DNA of 36,724 bases, the filler included, from an uncultured virus (IMG/VR IMGVR_UViG_2061766007_000472) (lineage: Duplodnaviria; Heunggongvirae; Uroviricota; Caudoviricetes). It is 2 parts of one record of this genome, joined end to end, with 100 filler letters (N's around TTAATTAATTAA, not from the genome) between each part and the next. Parts side by side here need not be neighbours in the genome. Positions count along the whole stretch, not along the records: positions 1 to 31,618 come from IMGVR_UViG_2061766007_000472; 1 more part is not named here. The stretch is one strand, 5' to 3'. How positions within the stretch are numbered: position 1 is the first letter of the stretch; the number at the start of each line of letters is the position of its first letter. Shown here piece by piece: positions 1 to 13,493 of the stretch. Below the pieces are notes generated by a model, which was given only the letters and a program-made list of their open reading frames with translations, did not search any database and had not been told where the DNA came from. The position numbers and the translations under genes are program-made.

Positions 1-1392
1 TTGGTTCGTGTAGTTCCATTCTGCACTTACCCATCCGTCCGAGCAGTTTACCGTGACTGGACCCCAGCATTTTCCAAAATAATCGTTTCTTAACCAATCT
101 TCAACCGATAACATTTCCTGAATCGGGAAATTAACCGTCAAATCCGTCGTTCCGAACATAAAAGCGCTTGGACCTATGCTTGACACGCTATTTGGAACGT
201 TCATCGACGTCAATTCAGAGCATCCTAAGAATGCCCCCTCGTCAATGCTCAAAACCCCAACTGGAATGTCAATTGATTGAATTCTTGAGCATTCATAGAA
301 CGACTGATTTCCTATTGTTTTGACGGTGTCTGGAATTTCAATCTATTTGAGGTTTGAACACCCACTAAACATCTGGTTTCCGATTGCAGTCAACGTATTC
401 GGAAGTGAAATTGACGAAAGTCTGTAGCAGTCCATGAATATCCCGTCTCCCAAACTTGAAGTTCCGTTTGGAATCGTCACATTTGTAAAATCACAGTATC
501 GGAATGCAAGATACTGTATTTCCTTTACACTATTTGGAATTGATATGCTCGAAAGAATGTGGCAATAGTAGAACGCCTAGAACCCTATGGATGATACGCT
601 TGTAGGTATTTCAACGGAAATTAGGTAATTGCAGTATTCGAAAGCCTAGTGTCCTATTTTCGTGACATTAGTCCCGATTTCGACTGAAGACAGGCTGGAT
701 TTGGTTATCCCTACGTTTGTCATGGCCTGCTCGTCCAGGGTTCCAACTATGTCATATCTATAAACGTCTCCATTCCTGACGTGGAACACTGTCATTGTTT
801 CGTCTGTCGGAATCGGTCCTACCATATGCTGTATCACGCCTTTGAACTGGCCATACGTCGTATAGTACAATTGTCCGTAATCCATGAAAAATATGAGGTC
901 TCCGTCGTCTATTCTCTGGAGTCCAGTTTTTGCAGAGACAGAATTCGCTGAAATTCCGTCCGTAAAGAGGTTTACCCCAGTGAACAGGTTGTTGCTGGTC
1001 AGAATGTCTATTGAAATTACGTTCCTGGTGTTTGCGAAAACCCTGGAAATCTGGTCTGGAACTTCTTGAATGAGGCCTGACAGGTAATCGGTTCTGCCCT
1101 TGAACTGCTGATTCTGGGTTTCCATTGAACCAGCACTCTGACCAATGGACTGGATATTTTGTCTGTTTCCTTGAATCGTGCTCGATATCGTCTATATGTA
1201 CTGACTTGAAATCTATTCTATATCCAATTCCAGCTGTTCTGAACTTCCATGTATTTCGTCTACGTCGTCTCCAAGTCCGTTTACCACAGTGGACAGATAG
1301 TTTGCTGTTGTCAATGCCGATATCGAATTTGATGATATCTGGCCTATTAGCCCCATCGGGACCATGTTTTTTCCGTTTATGTATATTCCCAT
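1..1392 (-). CDS. BspA-type (LRR_5) leucine-rich repeat protein, probable tail fibre or receptor-binding protein; runs off the left edge
   Basis: ATG at 1392 with a GGAGTGAGG RBS, in frame with ORF 646..1125 when TAG is read through. The C-terminal part has canonical 23-aa BspA repeats ([45 protein letters not shown]..., SNLK*IEIPDTVKTIGNQSFYEC). TAGs at 646-648, 577-579 and 343-345 sit inside intact repeats. Confidence 0.85.
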
Positions 1393-1405
1393 GGCCTCAC
1401 TCCTG

Positions 1406-4400
1406 TCATTTAACCTTTACTATTCCATTTCTGGTCTGGAATACGACCTTGTTTCCGTCTTCGTCGAACGCATCTTGTACGGAAACCTCTATCGTGAACT
1501 GCTGTCCAGGAATCCATCCGATTGTTTCATCTTTCGGAATTAACATGATTGGAATGTGAACGTCTTTATTATTGGTTATCGTAAACCTGAGAAGTCCGTC
1601 GTTCAATCTGCTTTCGTCTGAAATTACTCCGCTTCCGTATGATGTCTTGGGAAGAATTTTTGCTATGGCCCTGTTGAACCTGACATTTACTGTATAACCT
1701 GGAATTATAGACGGGTTCTGAAACACGTATATATACGAAACGGTTTCAATGTCTGATTCTTCTATTGACACATTCTGGGCAACTATGCTCCTCGTNNNNN
1801 NNNNNNNNNNNNNNNNNNGAGTTGGGCTGGACGGTTCCAGTTCTCCTTATGATGAATTTCGGTTTGTCGTCCGATATGTTCTTGATTTCGTACCTTGCAA
1901 GGACGACCGTTCTGATTCCGACAATCTGGCCTCCACTTTCATATCTCACTTGTGCAACGAGATTTAGGGAACCAGTCTGTCCAGCGTCGAGAACGAGATA
2001 CGAGCCGTCGATTATCTTCGGATACAGCTTTCCGTTCCTTATTTCAGTGAACGGGGTGTCGAGATAGTTCATATAGTTGAACAGAAGCCTTATCTTGTTC
2101 CCGTTTTTCGCATAGTTGGCGTAAATCTTCATGAAATCATCTATATTGGAGTTTCCGCTTCCTATCTTGACAAAGACGTTTCCATTTGAATCGGAAGTTC
2201 CGTGTTCTTCGGATAATATATTTGTTTCTGACAATATCCTGCCGAGTGCTTCGTCTGTGGTCTGTGAGTCTTCTATCTATCCTATTATATAAGAGGACAT
2301 TGATTTGTCGTATTCCTGGAAAATGCAGAAATCCATTATCCTCGGGTCCTATACCTGGTATTTCTGGTAATTTGGAATGTCTCCATCTCCAGTAGATAGG
2401 AACTCTTCGGATACTAGTATGTTTCCATCCGCAGACCTTGAGAGTGGAACTGCTACGTTTCCTATTTGGTCTGCTATTTCTACGCTCTTGTCCATCTGGA
2501 TAATGAACGTTTTTTCCATCCTGTTCCTGTCGTAAACGCTCCCAGCCCTGTTGTATCCATGTAAAAGGGTATTTCCGAGATTTCCCTCCAGCTACTCCCA
2601 TATTGTCATGGCGACTGTCTTTGGATATCTCCAGTTAAGTGTTGGGAAATAATATTCGTTTCTTTCAACCGCCTCAAAGAAATCTTGGTCTGCATACTTG
2701 AAGTTCAGGTTGTATTCCCCCTATAGGCAGTAAACGTCGCTCAGATATGAATAATCAGACAGGTGTATCTCGTCAAGGTCTATTATGTTATTGTTTACGT
2801 CATAGAAGAACCTTTCAATCTGATTCTGGGTCTCCCTATAATCCTTCTTGTTCCTGTCGTAGTAGATTCCCCAGTCTCCCATGTCCACGTCCTGTCTATC
2901 GTATTCATGGATTATTAGAGGGGAGACTTTGGCTCCGTATACGAGATTCACCATTCCATACACGTCTAGATAATGGTAACTGTCGAATATGGCAAGGTCG
3001 TTCGGGTTGAACAACAGAACCTGAAGGGAGTCTTCCTTTATCTAGAAGAACTCCTTGTTCTACTGCTCAACCTTGAACATGGCGCTTATGTTTCCATTCT
3101 ATGCGTCGTATTTTACACTTATGCCTTCAACAAGGGGAATCCTGTTGGAATTGAGGCTTACAGTCGAAGCGTATGAAAATCTTCCAGCTATGTCGAAACT
3201 CGTGCTATCAGTAACCACGTTTCTCAGGTATTCCTCTTCGTTGTACATGACTGGAAGGGGCTGTTCGTATTTCGCCATGTCGGAGAGCATTGCCACGACG
3301 TATGGGTTCTTTCCGAGTGTGCTCCTCTTGAGAAACACCATGTGCATGTCCCTTAACTGCTTTTCGGTGAATCCTCGTTCGGACATGTCCATGTTCCAGA
3401 TGAAACAGCCAGTTTCTGAATCATAGTTTCCGNNNNNNNNNNNNNNNNNNNNNNNNNNNNNNNNNNNNNNNNNNNCACACCATTCCATATATTCCAGCCG
3501 AAAGGGAATCTGAGTAGAAATACGGGTTGACGTCCGTATTCACCATATTCGACAGCTTTGTAAGGTCTTCGGACGGACCAAGAAGCTCTATGCATGCAAC
3601 CTGCTGGTCTCCGAGAATCGAAAGCTCTCCTTCAGTTCCTGGATAGGAAGGTATGTATGACTTGTCCGCGTTTATGTTGAAACTTCTTAAGTCTCTTTCT
3701 ATGCTGGAATTGTCCGTAATGTCGAAACCAGCTATGACAACGTCATCGACAAATATGTCATGGGAGTTCATCTCGTCCCTGTAGTCGTCTATCGTGGGTC
3801 CTTCTGTATTGGAACTTAAGTTCGTCGTGTTCTTGTATTTATTTGCGGTAACGTTCGAAAGTTCGTTTTCCGCGAGAAACGCGAAGTCGAGGTGAACCGT
3901 CTGGTCGTCTGAGTGCTTCGCAAAGCAAATCTGGTCGCTGTGCTAAATTCCGTTAAATCCTATTTCGAATTCCAGTGGTTTTCCGACTATCTTGCAGTCT
4001 TTCGTCTTTATTATCCTGATTGACCCCCTGTCGATTAACCTTGCAGCTCCTTTCTCGTCATATCTCTTCTTTGCGAAGACATGACTTATGTCGTCTGTGT
4101 GGGTGTTAAAGCTTCCAAGATATGAATAGATATCGACTTCTTCTCCAAAACTTGAAAGATTCGACTGTATTCTGTAGTCTTCTGGATTCGTGGTTATCCT
4201 GTCCACGTAATTCGTGTTGTTCTCGTGTCCGAACGATATATTTCCGTTCTACGTCTTCTCTGGNNNNNNNNNNNNNNNNNNNNNNNNNNNNNCGAGTTCT
4301 CGTAGAACTGAACGTCGGCTGCGACGCCGTCTTCATGTATCTTTGATATGATGCATCCCTGTGAGCCGTCATCGGACATCTGCATGTCGTATACGAATTT

Positions 4401-7400
4401 TCCGTCATCAAACTTTTCCAGTGTATCCTTGAGGGCCTTCGGAACGTTGTCCGTGTCAACCTACGGGTGGTCTCCGTCAAGAGCTGGGAACGAAATGGGG
4501 GAATTCTTCTTTCTTATCCACAGCCTTCCTGGGGTATTCCTTCTCTCGTGGAACGTGGTTTCGTTTTTCCCGTACTTCTTGTATACCGTATAAATGTTCT
4601 CGCTTCCGTCCATTCCGTAGAAATAGATGTCATACATGTCGGACAACTCGTTGTCTTTGACTATATCGTATATGTCTCCTACGTATGCCGTAATCTGGTC
4701 GTGTATAAGCTTTCTTTCCGCCGCATATGACGACTTGTCTAGTCCGAGATGCGAGTAAAATCTCTGATAAAACGTCTCTTGGACGTTTGACGAAAGATAC
4801 TTGGCCAGTCCGTTCCATGAATGTGACTGATATGACGTTCCATTGATGTATCCAAGAAGCATTGACGATATACCGTCAATGCCCATGTCGGTCGTCTGTG
4901 CTATCTGGTCAGATATTTCACGTACAAGGCCGTCACAATCATGATATTCCATGACTACGAACCCGTTTTCGGAATTTTCCACGAATTTTATGTAGTCGTA
5001 TATGTCGTTGGGGGTCAGTTCCTGATTGTACACTATGCTCTGGTATAACGAATCCGACGTTGTGGCGGACAAAACTGATTTTGCGCATCTTGTCACGTGC
5101 TGGCTTTCCACCCCGTCTTTAAGCAGGAATTCCACCGCTGGTGGATAGAACGGTCCGTCATAGTCCACGACTTCTGACGTAAGCCTGGAATCGGTTGACT
5201 GGTGATGGCTTGNNNNNNNNNNNNNNNNNNNNNCCATCAGCTCTGGATGCATCCACTTGTTTATAATTTGTCCGAACTTTCCATAGTACTGGTCCGCTTT
5301 CTGAACAATCCTGTTCCATTCGAGGTTAGCCACGTTCGCGCTGAAGAACTTCCTGGAAATGTCGTACATGTTAAAGGCGTCCTTCTCTATGAGGTTCCAC
5401 ATGAATTGGTGTATCTAGTATGACGGATGGGTCTAGTTCTTCCAGTTCATGTACGGATAATACGCGAAATCCTGTCCTCCATAGTTGAGCATTACGCTCA
5501 TGTTCGTCTGGAAATCGGCTCTCGTCATGTAGTTAAGCTCGTCAATCCTGTATTGAACGGCTTCCATGAAGTCTTCGTATCCGTCAAGGGACGAACCGAG
5601 GTTTTCGGAAAGGTAGTCCAGGGCTGGGTCTATCTTTCCATACATTACGTCTTCCACGGAGAGGTTTCCGTTCTCCTCGTTTAACTGGATTGTGTTCCTG
5701 AGGTCTTGCTCTATGGTCTCTATGTAGTCCTGGATGTAGTACGGGTCTCCAGTCGTCATCTGGTACTTCTCGGCAAGTTCGTTTATCACTTCGGTAGCCT
5801 ACTGCTGCAGGTCCGTTAGCTGCTTGACTATGTCTTCCAGTCCCTACCTTATTCCAACCCTGTTGTCGGAGTCTTTCCCGACTACATACGCAAGAAGCTC
5901 GTCGACGAGGGTCAGCGTTATCTCGTTTATGTCGTGGTTTCCAGTGAAATCCTGCATGTAATCGGTCTGGTCCTGGTTCGTGAAGATTTTTCCAAACGCT
6001 GTAACATATGGCTCGAACCTGTTCTTGAGGTTCTCGGAGATGTTCTTCTTCTTTTCGTAGTCCTTGAGCTTGACGTCGCTCTGGATGAACGTCTCATCCA
6101 TGTTGGAATTAACGAAGTTAAGAAGTTTTACCATCCTGTTCTCGACTATGTCGCTCTGTATATAGTCCTTGTTCTTCGTATACGTTCCGCTTGTCTGCTC
6201 TTTTGCGAAATTGTATCCGAACACGCTTTCCAGCTGGTTCAGAATTCCAAGCATCTTCTGGTCTACGTCGTCAAGCCCCTTCAATGTTGATGTGACTGCG
6301 GCTACGGTTCCGTCGCTCTTCAGCCCCTTGAAATCTGGAAACGTCTATATGTCCATCCAGTTCTTGAGCTGTAGGCACCTGTTCTTCAGGCTCTTCTCGT
6401 CCTCCTCGTAAATGGCTTCTGAAGGTACGTCCATCCACCATCCGTAGTACTTTCCGCTGTGCTTAGTGTAGAAAACCCACTGGGAGCCAGGTGCTATTAT
6501 GTAGTCCTTGGACGGCTTGGACGTAGATGTCAGGTCTTCTTTCAGATTATATGTCTAATAGTCGTTTTTGCTCATCCCGTCTGGCTTGACATTTGTGAAG
6601 TACATTATCTTCGTATCGCCAAGCTTGTAGTTCGGACTCTTGGTGTCGTACTGGGATACCGCCATCGTAAAGCTATTATTGATGGAATTGAACTGGTTGT
6701 CAAGCTCCCTGACCTGTGTCTTTATTCCTTCGATTATCTCCTTTATGTACTGTTTTCTGTCCTGGATGCTGTCATCGAGGAACTGTGTTACGTTGTCAAG
6801 TCTCTTGTTTAGAGAGTCGAACTGAAGTTCCTGGCTGTATCCGTACTTGTATATTTCGTTCACGACGCTAATGTTCAGCTACGAGCTAATCTCTATCTGT
6901 CCGTTTCTCACGTCGTCAGCGGAATCCTTTGCGTAGTGGTTTACGAGATTGTCATCTTTCTGGCAGTACTGCTGCAAAAGGAATATCTGCTCGGCAACGT
7001 TCTCGCTGTAATAGTTCGGGTTTCCGATGTAGTAGTCGTAAGTGTTTACTACATCCTGCTCCTTGAAGTACATCTGGTACTCTCCGCTGAGGAATTCCCC
7101 GAAATTGGCACATAGCTGGTTCAGGCTTTCCTTTAATCCGTCCACCTTTGATATGTTTTCATCGTACTCCGACGAAATAGCGGAGAGATATGTGTCGTTG
7201 AGATTGCTTAATATGTAATCCCTTATCTCGCCTCTCTGGGTTGACAGCTGGGAACCTTCTGATTTCTCATATCCAGACGAGAGCCTTGACTGAATCTCGT
7301 CCCTGTACTTCTGCATGGACGTAAGGACTGGATACAATGAATTCGTATACGTCCCATTTCCCAGTTTTGTCTGGAAATTTCCGTCCGCGTCGATGAAGTC

Positions 7401-8959
7401 CTTCTTTGCGGAAAAGTCAAATATCGTGTCCAGGAAATCCGTAAGGTCGTTGTGGGACATTCCCTTCTCTTTCATGACGGCACGTAAGTAGAACCTGTCA
7501 ATCTGGTCGAGGCGAAGCTGTAGTCCGTCTTCGTTCATTACGTCGTCATGCTTCCAGTATCTCGGATTTGTCGGGGTGTCCGTCTAGATTGAGGAAACAG
7601 ACGATTCCGTTTCTATGTTGTAGTACTCCGTCGCGTCGTAGTACTCTATTACGTTTATGTCGCTTATCGAATGCGAAGAAAGCATCTGCATCGTTGCGGA
7701 CGTTCTTGAATCAACCTGGTCCGTTGCAAGGGCGTTCCTTGAATAGTCTATCAGGTACTCGTTCACTAGATAAAGGATGAGGTTGTTCGTGCCCTTCATG
7801 TAGCATTTTCTCGCGTGGTACTTCAGCCTCTCCCTTATTTCCCTTATGTAGATGGTCGTTCTTGCGAGCTGGCGTGCGACTGATTGAACCATTTCCATAT
7901 TTATGTCGCTCGTCAACTCTCCAGTTGGATTGTCCGAAATAACCTTGTCTTTTCCGTCTTGAAGTTGGAATACGGTATACTGTGGATTTAGTTCGTATTT
8001 CGTTCCACCGTTCTTCGATTTATACCTTTGCTCCACGAAAGACGCGTATTCCAGGACCTTTCTTTTCCTGTAATATGAATACTTCGACTGGAATCCAGCC
8101 TGTCCGTCCACATTGTAGATTGGTCTGATTGAATTCTGGTCGAACTCCCTCGCCCTTCTGTCCATTTCCATCTGAAGAAGTTCCTGGACCTCGTTCGGAT
8201 AGTCGTCCTTCGACTCCAGTTCCATCTCTATCCTGTCGACTGTCCCAGAATAGTCGAACTTCAGGTCTATGTGGTTCTTCTTCATGTAATTGACGGCGTC
8301 GGTCTTGAAATTCTCGTCGTCAAGTTCATTGTTGATTGACATGTAGACGNNNNNNNNNNNNNNNNNNNNNNNNTGTATGGAAGGGTCAGGAATCCAGATA
8401 TCACGTCCGAGAACTTGTCTATCAGGAAGTCCTTGAACTTTCCGTCGTCGAATACGTCGTCCTTTACTGTGACTTTATCTACATCTGAAAACCCGAAATT
8501 CCGTTCGTATCCAAAATCATACTTGTCTATCACCCTTGAGCTCAGCTCTTCATACAGTCCGTCGTCGAGAAATCCTCTTTCCTTCAGGTACTTCACGTTG
8601 ACGGAATATATGTCTATCAACTGGAGTATCTCCACTGGAATCTGCTCCTGTGGACCGACAAGGCTCATCTCGAAACCGAGATTGTCGAGCATGGACTGGA
8701 GCGCCTTTACCTTGCATGTCTCCACGTCGGAGGCGAGTCCGACGTAATTCCTTATGTTCTGGAACACCGTGCTTCCGATGTCCCCTCCTATTGCCTGAAG
8801 GGCCTCCCACATGAAGGATTTCTGGGTTTCCTGGTTTCCAAAATACTGGTCGAATCCCTCGGAGAAGTCCCTGTTTCCTATGAAACTTCCGAGGATGTTA
8901 GAAAAATGGAATCCCCCGTCGTTGTACGCCCTGCTTTCTATTGGATAGTTGGTGTCCAT
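1406..8959 (-). CDS. Giant (~2500 aa) baseplate wedge initiator-like protein (T4 gp7 / P2 gpI-like N-terminal region)
   Basis: ORF fragments from 8282..8959 down to 1406..1771 are joined only by in-frame TAGs or N gaps, and the first TAA/TGA I found is at 1406. The N-terminal motifs NYVGLASDVETCKVKALQSMLDNLG and KCYMKGT resemble gp7/gpI-family motifs, and the gene lies directly after gp6. A boundary hidden in an N gap cannot be excluded. Confidence 0.6.
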
Positions 8960-10972
8960 GTCTNNNNNNNNNNGTGTTGACCTGGGTCTGGGTCTTGCTT
9001 ATTATCTTTATCCTATTCATGAGTGTTCCACGACCCACGAAAATAGGGAACTGAAATTCCTCAAGTTTCCTCGATGAAGTGGAGACCTGCAAGTCGTCGT
9101 ACCCAGTACCGNNNNNNNNNNNNNNNNNNNNNNNNNNNNNNNNNGAAGCGAAAGCAAGTCCGTTTACCGAGAAATACTGGTCCGTCAAGTTGTTCTTGTA
9201 GATTGTCCTTATGTTCCTTATTCCGTCAATCTGGTAAATCTTTGCCGTTATCTCCCCGAAGTCGACGTTCTGTCCGAGTTTCATGGTCTGGATGTCGAAG
9301 AAGTCCGTTATTATGTCGTAAATCTTCGACTGCAACTGGTTTCCTACGAACATCGACTGGTTGTCCGTCGTAATCTCTATGTACGAGTCTATTCCAGAGT
9401 CGAAATCCGACGAGAAGCTTTCGAGGTACATCGTCTTTATGTAATCAAACGACTGATTTGCACAGATGTCGAAATTGACGAGGACTGGTTTTACGACTTT
9501 TATCTCCGTCGTCATCGTCTTAACTGGGTTCAGCTTCTCGTTTATGAACTGCTCGACTTTCTAGACGTCGTAACCGTCCTCCGTGTTTCCGTTCGTGNNN
9601 NNNNNNNNNNNNNNNNNNNNNNNNNNNNNNNNTCCGCTGGGTCTGCCATAACGTATTGGAACTGGTTCCAGAACTGCTGGTTGTTGAAATAATACCTTCC
9701 GCTTCCGTGGGACTGTCTTCCATTTAGGTACAACCACTTGAAGAACGACGCGATGTACTCTGTGTTGTTCATGGCCTTGACATCTATGACCTTTATGTCT
9801 GGGATATAATCCCTTACGTACGCCACATTCTTGATGAAGTACTGGTAGTCCTGCGGTGTTATCAGTCTGTTTCCGCACTTGAACCAGTTGGGGGCGTTCT
9901 CCCTTATGTCCTCGACTCCTTGCTCTGGGATGAATTTCGAAGTGCTCTATTGAAGCTGGTATGCGGTGAAACTTGTATTCTTTCCTATGACATTTGGACT
10001 TTCTCCGAGCATGAAGAATTCTTTGTATGCATCCGAATCAAGTCCGAACATCTCTTTCGTATGCTCTATCTTGACGTTGTCCCAGTCTATGTCGTTTACG
10101 TCTATCTCCCCGTCTGGTCCGTTCGACTCAAGGTAGAACACGTACACGAGGTCTCCCTTCTTCAGCTTGGAGCCAACGATTCCGTTTCCAAACGTTATCT
10201 CGTATTCCTTGTTCTGGTTGAGCCTTACCGAATACACGTTGCTGTCTGGGGAGTATATGTTTGTGTTGTTGGTATTGTATATGCTGCTGTCGTTCGTGTA
10301 GTTCAGAAATATTCCATTCGCATCTGACTTCCATTCTTCGGAATAATACGTGTTTCCGCTTTTTATCACCACGTTTACCATGTTTGTGGAGACATACTGC
10401 TGCTTGTCGGAGTCCGAACCCACCCCTTCAAGCACGAACGTCTCGTTTTCAGTCCCAGACGCAGTGAAAACCGTGCTGTAAAGCTTCCATTCTCCGTTGA
10501 AAACGTCTATTATGTAGGATTTTCCAGGCTCTACGGTTATGTTGCCTCCGTTATCTGTGTTTTTCGCGGAAGCCGTCGAAAAATATATCTCTTTTCCGTT
10601 TCTGTCCGTCTTTCCAGTTGAAATCCTCGAATAGAACGGTATTATGACGCTGCTCTCTTCGTCATCTGCAAGTTGAAAATTCAACCTGAACGACGAAGGT
10701 ACGCATCCGCTCGGGTTGTACCCTATCAGCTTGACGAGCCTTGTTATGTTGTCATATACCTACGTATCGGAAAACATGGATTCTGCCGCAGCGTTGTTCA
10801 GCTAGTACACGAGGACCTGGTACATGTACGCGACGAGGTCAATCAATATTGCGAGGTTGCTTCCCTCGTAAATCTGGTCTGTGAACTTGGAGTCCTCGCT
10901 CATCTTGCGAGTTATCAACTCCTTCATACTATACGCGTTGAACTTTAGAAAGTCTGTCTTTTCCGTCGCCAT
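8960..10972 (-). CDS. gp6: Baseplate wedge subunit, T4 gp6-like (3' end approximate, near N gap 8964-8973)
   Basis: ATG at 10972. N-terminus FTDQIYEGSNLAILIDLVAYMY...AESMFSDT*VYDNITRLVKLIGYNP, plus YEITFGNGIVG...YLESNGPDG and EDIRENAPNWFKCGNRLITPQDY, all hallmark gp6 motifs. Requires TAG readthrough. Confidence 0.9.
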
Positions 10973-10997
10973 TACATGATACCTTAGGACTTTCCTT

Positions 10998-11004
10998 TAT
11001 TTAC
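10998..11004 (-). promoter_or_regulatory. Putative late promoter GTAAATA upstream of gp6
   Basis: Intergenic copy of the recurrent GTAAATA motif, similar to the T4 late promoter TATAAATA. Confidence 0.6.
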
Positions 11005-11022
11005 TGTCTGGCGTTCGGGAGG

Positions 11023-11497
11023 TCACAGTGTCCTGTTGTACATGTATGAATACAGATATTGCTTGTTTGAGAGACTTGGTATGGTGAACACTATGTCGAC
11101 CTGGACGGTGTTGTCTTCCGCGTCAGAGGGGCTGTTTATTGGGGTAACACTCTCTATGTTTATCCTGGGTTCCCACTTAAGGCAGGCTCCACTAACCTCC
11201 GCCGCTATGCGTTCCTTATNNNNNNNNNNNNNNNNNNNNNNNNNNNNNATTAGAACCAAACTCTGGATTTAGGATTCTCTCTCCTGGAATCCACGTGAAT
11301 ATGTTCCGTATGCTGTTGAACACAGCCCTTACGTTCACGTCTTTCTCCTGGAATCTCTTGTTTTGCCTTCTTCGGACTGCACCATCACAGTCCTTTACGA
11401 TTGACATGACGACCTTTTTCTAGNNNNNNNNNNNNNNNNNNNNNNNNNNNNNNNNNNNNNNNNNNNNNNNNNNNNNNNNNNNNNNGAGATTTCCCAT
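11023..11497 (-). CDS. gp25: Baseplate wedge / sheath polymerisation initiator, T4 gp25-like
   Basis: AVFNSIRNIFTWIPGERILNPEFGSN ... CLKWEPRINIESV are classic gp25/GpW motifs. ATG at 11497 is in frame with ORF 11216..11407 through a TAG at 11420-11422. The apparent frameshift falls in an N gap. Ends TGA. Confidence 0.9.
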
Positions 11498-11502
11498 GAT
11501 TT

Positions 11503-11509
11503 TATTTAC
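11503..11509 (-). promoter_or_regulatory. Putative late promoter GTAAATA, 5 nt before the gp25 ATG
   Basis: Intergenic copy of the recurrent motif. Confidence 0.6.
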
Positions 11510-11518
11510 ATGTATCGG

Positions 11519-13481
11519 TTATTTTGCAACGCTTTTCCACATAAGAGAATAGTTCACTGTTCCGTCTTGATTAAGAAGCGGCTTCATCGTGTCCTCTATG
11601 ACGACTTCATCTCCATATGATGTTAGTTGTTCCTTATATGGCTCNNNNNNNNNNNNNNNNNNNNNNNNNNNNNNNNNNNNNNNNNNNNNNNNNNNNNNNN
11701 NGATTTTGATATTAATTTCTAGAAATAACTCAAATATCCTTCTACAGAAGGTTTCTCCCTCGTCATTGATTCCTCTTTGACTCCATATTTTATGCTCAGT
11801 TCGTTCTCAAGGTCTTCTGTTTTCTTTGGTTGGGTCTTCCAATTGTTGTCTACATAATTGTTATACTGTCCAGAAGTTGCAATAGCTGACCCGTCAAGAT
11901 AGCCAAGAGTAGCGATTTCGACAGTTGTATCAACGGCTGTATCGTATGTCTGCTGTACGGTATCGACCAATCCCCCAGCTGTTTCCTTAATGTTATCAAC
12001 GACTGTTCCCCAGTTTTGAGCAGCAAAAGCGCCAAAACCCAGGTTCTCCTGCTAACCGTCGTCAGAGAATTTCTTAATGTCCTTTTGCATCAAATCTGTT
12101 CCGTTGAATATTTTCTTGTAATTCGTCTGAACGGTCTTCGCCTGACGTTCTGTATAACCGTACTTTTCGAGTTTCGCCTTGTAGATTGAGTCTGTTATGT
12201 CGGAATATGTCAACTTCTTGAGGGCTTTCTTTCTTGCGTTCCTTTCGTCAACAAGAGCCTCGAGGCTTTCAAAGTCCAGTTTTATATTCGAGATGTCGAA
12301 CATCATGGCTTCCGCGAATTTCTGCTTCAAAACTCCCTTCACAAGGTCCATAAACAGGCTAGGGAGCACCTTTATAAGCGCCAATATTTTCGGAGTAGCT
12401 GTTATGGCAAGTGGGACCAGGTTAAGCGGGAACATGTTTCCGAGTGGAAGAAGTGACATTATCATCTGCAACTTGGAATATATTAGGTCCAGCATTGAAA
12501 ACGCTATCTGACAAAGTATCGTTGGAAGAGTGGCACAAAAAGCAACAAGGTCAAACCCTATAGCTTTAATCTTGTCTACAAGTTTTCCGTCGAGCTGTAA
12601 TTTCGGAACTGATTCCTTAAGTTTCTTTAATTGCTCTGGAGTGAGTTTTTTGTTAGTCGACCCGCTCTGCATCATCATTGTCAATATTCCAGCGAAATCC
12701 CCCAATACTGGAATGTTTCCTATTATAGGACCAAGTGGCTTTGTTGCTGCTATGACTGGTACGATGAACGACTTCAAAAGAGCTATTATTGCATTCACGT
12801 CGAAATNNNNNNNNNNNNNNNNNNNNNNNNNNNNNNNNNNATGTCAAGAAGTCCCTTTACCATGTCAATCTTCTCTTCGACCATCTTCGGGATTTCTGCC
12901 GTTTTTTTATTGAGTATATTAGTTTCGAACTAAAGTTCCTGTAGCTTTCTTAAATTATCGGCAAGAAGCTTTGCCAGTTTCATCTAAAGGGCAACCCTCT
13001 TCTTGTACTCGTGCTGGGCGTTCGTAGATATCATCTACTGCTGGTTCTCTATCGTTATGCTTTTCGCGAGTTTAGGCTTGTTCTTTTTCGCGCACTCTAT
13101 GTGTGCTATTATCCTGGGAATGAAGCTGTCCAGTATTGACGTTACGTCCTTTTTCTCCTGCTTGTCAATCTCCTCTTTCTTCGCGTTGGTCTGCTTTTCG
13201 TCGGCCTTGGATTCCCTTAGCTTCTTCTTTTCCTTGTTCCAGGTCTCGAACGTAAGCATCATCCTGTCAGCGACCTTCTTTACATATTCATCCACCTCTC
13301 CCTGGTACTGGACTTTCTCCACCCTCCATTCTGCATCTGCGAGGAGCTTGTTGTTGAACTTGTCCGATTTCGCCTTCTTGTCGAGTTTCTTCTAATTCTA
13401 AGCCTTGAAGATTAGCATCTACTTGACTTTTTCCTCGGTGGAAATCGGGCCTGCGCCAAAAAGGCTTGCTAATGTATCCAT
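11519..13481 (-). CDS. Hypothetical virion protein (~650 aa) with a charged helical N-terminus and long hydrophobic/amphipathic central segments
   Basis: ATG at 13481 with AAGGAG upstream. Joins ORFs 13035..13322, 12052..12798 and 11719..11970 via TAGs and N gaps. Ends TAA at 11519. Confidence 0.7.
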
Positions 13482-13493
13482 CTTCCTGACTCC

